Shown here: positions 61,568 through 64,000 of the stretch, piece by piece | Layout: each line of letters begins with the position of its first letter | Numbering within the stretch: position 1 is the stretch's first letter | NCBI GenBank assembly: GCA_039191605.1 | Contig: JBCCXL010000025.1 | Coordinates: forward strand, 2,074 to 66,073 | Source of the DNA: Acidobacteriota bacterium | GTDB taxonomy: Bacteria; Acidobacteriota; Thermoanaerobaculia; Multivoradales; JAHZIX01 | DNA: 64,000 nt | Direction of reading: 5' to 3' | Program-made: the position numbers and the translations under genes | The notes under the pieces: model-generated | Seen by the model: the letters and a program-made list of their open reading frames with translations, nothing else | What the model was told of the DNA's origin: nothing | Database searches by the model: none

Positions 61568-61808
61568 GGATCTGTTGAGGGGGGGTGATCTTTGGAGGAG
61601 GTGCCGCGGTGGCGGCGCAGCGTTCTTCCCCCAAGAACACCCTGGAGTCCTCGATATCGCTATGGAGTCCACATAGCCCTGCTAGTCCACGCAGTCCATC
61701 AAGTTCCCGTAGTTCTGGTTTTCGCCGTGCGCTTCTGCCCATCGTGACTCAGCCCCAATCTAGAATCTTCTTCCCTTCCCTTCTTTAACCAGTGGAGTTC
61801 CAGTAACC

Positions 61809-63377
61809 GTGTCCACCTCAGCTACCGCCTCGATCTCCAGCCCGCCGAGCCCTCAGCTGCCGGAACGCTTCGAGCCTGTTCCCGACTTTCTCACCGCTGC
61901 TGAGCCTCGGCTCGTATGGCAGCGCTTCAACGAGCTGCGTCAGATCCCTCGACCTTCGAAGGCGGAACAGGCGGCGGTGCGCTGGGTGGAGAATTGGGCG
62001 GCGGACCACGAATTCCAGCTGCGCCGCGACGCCCGAGGCAACCTCGCGGTGGACGTACCGGCCTCCGTCGGTCGCGAGAAAGCTCCCAAGGTCGTTCTCC
62101 AGGCTCATCTCGATATGGTGTGCGAGAAGAATAGCGATACCGAATTCGACTTTCTGAAGGATCCCATTCGGCTGCTGCGGGACGGCGATCTGATCACCGC
62201 CGACGGCACCACCCTCGGCGCCGATAACGGCATCGGCGTTGCCGGGATGATGGCGATGGCGGAGGATCCGGAGGTCATCCACGGCCCTCTGGAGCTGCTC
62301 TTCACCCTCGATGAGGAGACCGGGCTGAACGGCGTGCGGGATCTCGACCCGGCGCTGGTGACCGGCGATCTACTGATCAACCTGGATACCGAGGACGATC
62401 ACATGCTGACCGTCGGCTCGGCCGGAGCCCAGGGCGTTTCCCTGAGTTTCGCCGTCACCCGGGAGGCCGAAGCGCCAGCGGCGCTGAGCCTGCTGCGGCT
62501 GCGAGTCACGGGAGCCACCGGCGGCCATTCCGGAGCCGATATTCACCTCGGGCGAGTCAACGCCAACAAGGTTTTAGGAGAGATTCTCGCCGCTCTTCAC
62601 TACAAGGCGCCGGGATCGGCCATCGTCGACCTCCAGGGTGGGAGCGCCCGCAACGTGATTCCTCGAGAATCTGAGGTGCTGTTGTGGGCCGAGCCGAGGA
62701 CCGCGGCGGCGGTCGTGGAGAAAGCTCGGGGGGTGATGCGCCAGCGCTATGCCGCTACTGATCCTCACCTACAGATCGAGTTATTGGAGGAGGATAGCGA
62801 GGCGAAGCCGGCGCCGTGGACCGCGGAAACCACGGAAGCGATCCTGCTGCTGCTGCGGCGGTTGCCCAACGGCCGCCTGAAGCGCAGCGAGCGCTTCCCG
62901 GAGCTCACCCAAACCTCCGCCAATCTCGCCGTGATGCACTGTGGTGGCGAAACTAAGCAGGATGGAACGGTGGAGGAGGAGGGCTTTCACATCCTCTACT
63001 CCTGCCGCTCGTCGGTGATGGAGGAGCTCTTCGCCACCACCGAAAGGATCGCTATCATCGCCCGCGAGTTAGGGGCCGAGGCGGAGATCCTCGCCAGCTA
63101 CCCCAGCTGGGAGCTGCCGGAAAATTCTGCTCTGCTGGAGATCTGCCGCCGGGAATTCCAGCGAATCCTCGATCAGGAGCCGGAGGTGACGGCGGTGCAC
63201 GGCGGCCTGGAATGCGCCGTTCTCGGGGACAAAGTGCCCCGCCTCGACGTGATCTCTCTAGGCCCCAATATTGCCAACCCCCATTCGCCCGACGAGTGGG
63301 TGAGCATCGCCTCGGTGGAGAAGGTCTTCCAGCGCCTGCTGCCGGGTCTCCTCGACGCTCTCTCTGCCGAAAGCTGA
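61809..63377 (+). CDS. pepD: aminoacyl-histidine (Xaa-His) dipeptidase, M20C
   Basis: FNELRQIPRPS, VVLQAHLDMVCEK, GTTLGADNGIGVAGMMAM, VHGGLECAVLG, GPNIANPHSPDEWVSI: typical PepD signatures. GTG start. Confidence 0.85.
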   Translation: MSTSATASISSPPSPQLPERFEPVPDFLTAAEPRLVWQRFNELRQIPRPSKAEQAAVRWVENWAADHEFQLRRDARGNLAVDVPASVGREKAPKVVLQAHLDMVCEKNSDTEFDFLKDPIRLLRDGDLITADGTTLGADNGIGVAGMMAMAEDPEVIHGPLELLFTLDEETGLNGVRDLDPALVTGDLLINLDTEDDHMLTVGSAGAQGVSLSFAVTREAEAPAALSLLRLRVTGATGGHSGADIHLGRVNANKVLGEILAALHYKAPGSAIVDLQGGSARNVIPRESEVLLWAEPRTAAAVVEKARGVMRQRYAATDPHLQIELLEEDSEAKPAPWTAETTEAILLLLRRLPNGRLKRSERFPELTQTSANLAVMHCGGETKQDGTVEEEGFHILYSCRSSVMEELFATTERIAIIARELGAEAEILASYPSWELPENSALLEICRREFQRILDQEPEVTAVHGGLECAVLGDKVPRLDVISLGPNIANPHSPDEWVSIASVEKVFQRLLPGLLDALSAES

Positions 63378-63387
63378 GCTTCCGGGT

Positions 63388-63416
63388 TTCAAGGTGCGCG
63401 CCGCGCGGGCCTTGAA
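63388..63416 (+). terminator. GC-rich stem-loop after pepD (possible terminator)
   Basis: ttcaagg...ccttgaa form a 7-bp outer stem with additional CGCG pairing inside. There is no clean T tract. Confidence 0.35.
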
Positions 63417-63488
63417 GCTGCGCAAAAAGATCTTTGTTGCCCCGAAGATTCCTCGGTTCTCTCAGCTGCTCATCGTCGAACAATCCTG

Positions 63489-63532
63489 CTGACTCCTAAG
63501 CCCTGACTCCATAAGCTCTGACTCTGAAGCCT
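63489..63532. repeat. 14-15-nt tandem repeat with CTGACTC core, 3 copies
   Basis: ctgactcctaagcc / ctgactccataagct / ctgactctgaagcct, ~55 nt upstream of GTG 63588. Confidence 0.85.
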
Positions 63533-63587
63533 CGATCCCGAAGTTCTGCCCTAGAGATCCTGGCCCCCCAACGCCCATTTCTATCCC

Positions 63588-64000
63588 GTGAAGAATCCAA
63601 GCGAATCCGAAGACCGCCCCCGCCACTCTCAGGAAGAGGAATCCGCCTCCCGGCTTCGGCTGGAATCCCTGGGACAAACCATGGTGGAGCTCGGGGAATC
63701 CCAGGGAGCCGGAGAGTCCTCGAGTCTGCTGCGATTGGTTTTGGATTCCATGCATTCCGGCGTGTTCTGGAAGGATCAGAGCTCCACCTACATGGGCTGC
63801 AACCAGAGCTTCGCGAGGATGGTTGGCCTCAGCTCCCCGGAGGACATCGTCGGGCGCACCGACGATGAGCTGCCCTGGGCCGATGAGGCGGAGCGCTTTC
63901 GCCAGGCGGATCGCCAGGTGATCGAATGTGGCCGGGCGATTCTGGACATCGAGGGGCCGTACACCCGCCTTGACGGAACCCAGGGATGGCTGCGCACCAG
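63588..64000 (+). CDS. PAS-domain sensor protein, 5' fragment running out of the window
   Basis: Not in the ORF track because it has no stop in the window. The frame is open from 63555. Translation ...SLLRLVLDSMHSGVFWKDQSSTYMGCNQSFARMVGLSSPEDIVGRTDDELPW...ECGRAILDIEGPYTRLDGTQGWLRT is a PAS fold. The start is GTG 63588 or ATG 63681. Confidence 0.75.
   Translation, partial: MKNPSESEDRPRHSQEEESASRLRLESLGQTMVELGESQGAGESSSLLRLVLDSMHSGVFWKDQSSTYMGCNQSFARMVGLSSPEDIVGRTDDELPWADEAERFRQADRQVIECGRAILDIEGPYTRLDGTQGWLRT

Overview
This is a high-GC bacterial chromosomal segment. Hand counts of a few 60-nt lines give roughly 63-70 % GC. No rRNA, tRNA, CRISPR array, transposase or integrase was recognised. 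The gene content points to a Gram-negative, Acidobacteriota-like organism: a VWA protein of the acidobacterial VWFA-related type, RodZ, a PilT-like ATPase, ECF sigma/anti-sigma and an M16 peptidase pair. That taxonomic call is inference only.

Gene order, left to right:
- 3' end of a sigma-54 activator gene, followed by a near-consensus -24/-12 promoter.
- A maltodextrin locus: GH13 amylase and a MalK/E/F/G-like ABC importer. It is extended by three paralogous Glucodextran_C-like secreted proteins and a 732-aa outer-membrane beta-barrel.
- A ParB-fold protein.
- A ~3.3-kb low-GC island (16.2-19.6 kb). It carries a 705-aa fusion of a Gfo/Idh/MocA-type Rossmann domain with an unknown C-terminal domain, convergent with a small 2-TM coiled-coil protein.
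- AraC regulator, beta-propeller lipoprotein, M16 pair.
- lexA with an N-terminal AT-hook-like extension and an apparently leaderless promoter.
- PilT-like ATPase, gatCA, LysM amidase, ECF sigma/anti-sigma.
- A 690-aa Gre-factor-like protein.
- A rodZ cluster flanked by two paralogous repeat proteins, then a J-domain/TPR protein and a PP2C phosphatase.
- VWA protein, then fadD and a fadJ-like gene.
- A chorismate mutase/prephenate dehydratase fused to a DAH7P-synthase-like domain whose catalytic motifs look mutated.
- An ATP-grasp-rich region (48-63 kb): four ATP-grasp ligases, glgA, an S51 (cyanophycinase/PepE-like) peptidase, an esterase with a CBM48-like domain, and PepD.
- 5' end of a PAS sensor gene.

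Best candidates for undescribed biology:
1. The ATP-grasp/S51/esterase/PepD module.
2. The low-GC two-gene island.
3. The Glucodextran_C-like plus outer-membrane barrel extension of the mal locus.
4. The pseudo-DAH7PS fusion.
5. A family of 14-15-nt CTGA-core tandem arrays in intergenic spacers.

All family assignments come from motif recognition by eye and need profile or structure searches.
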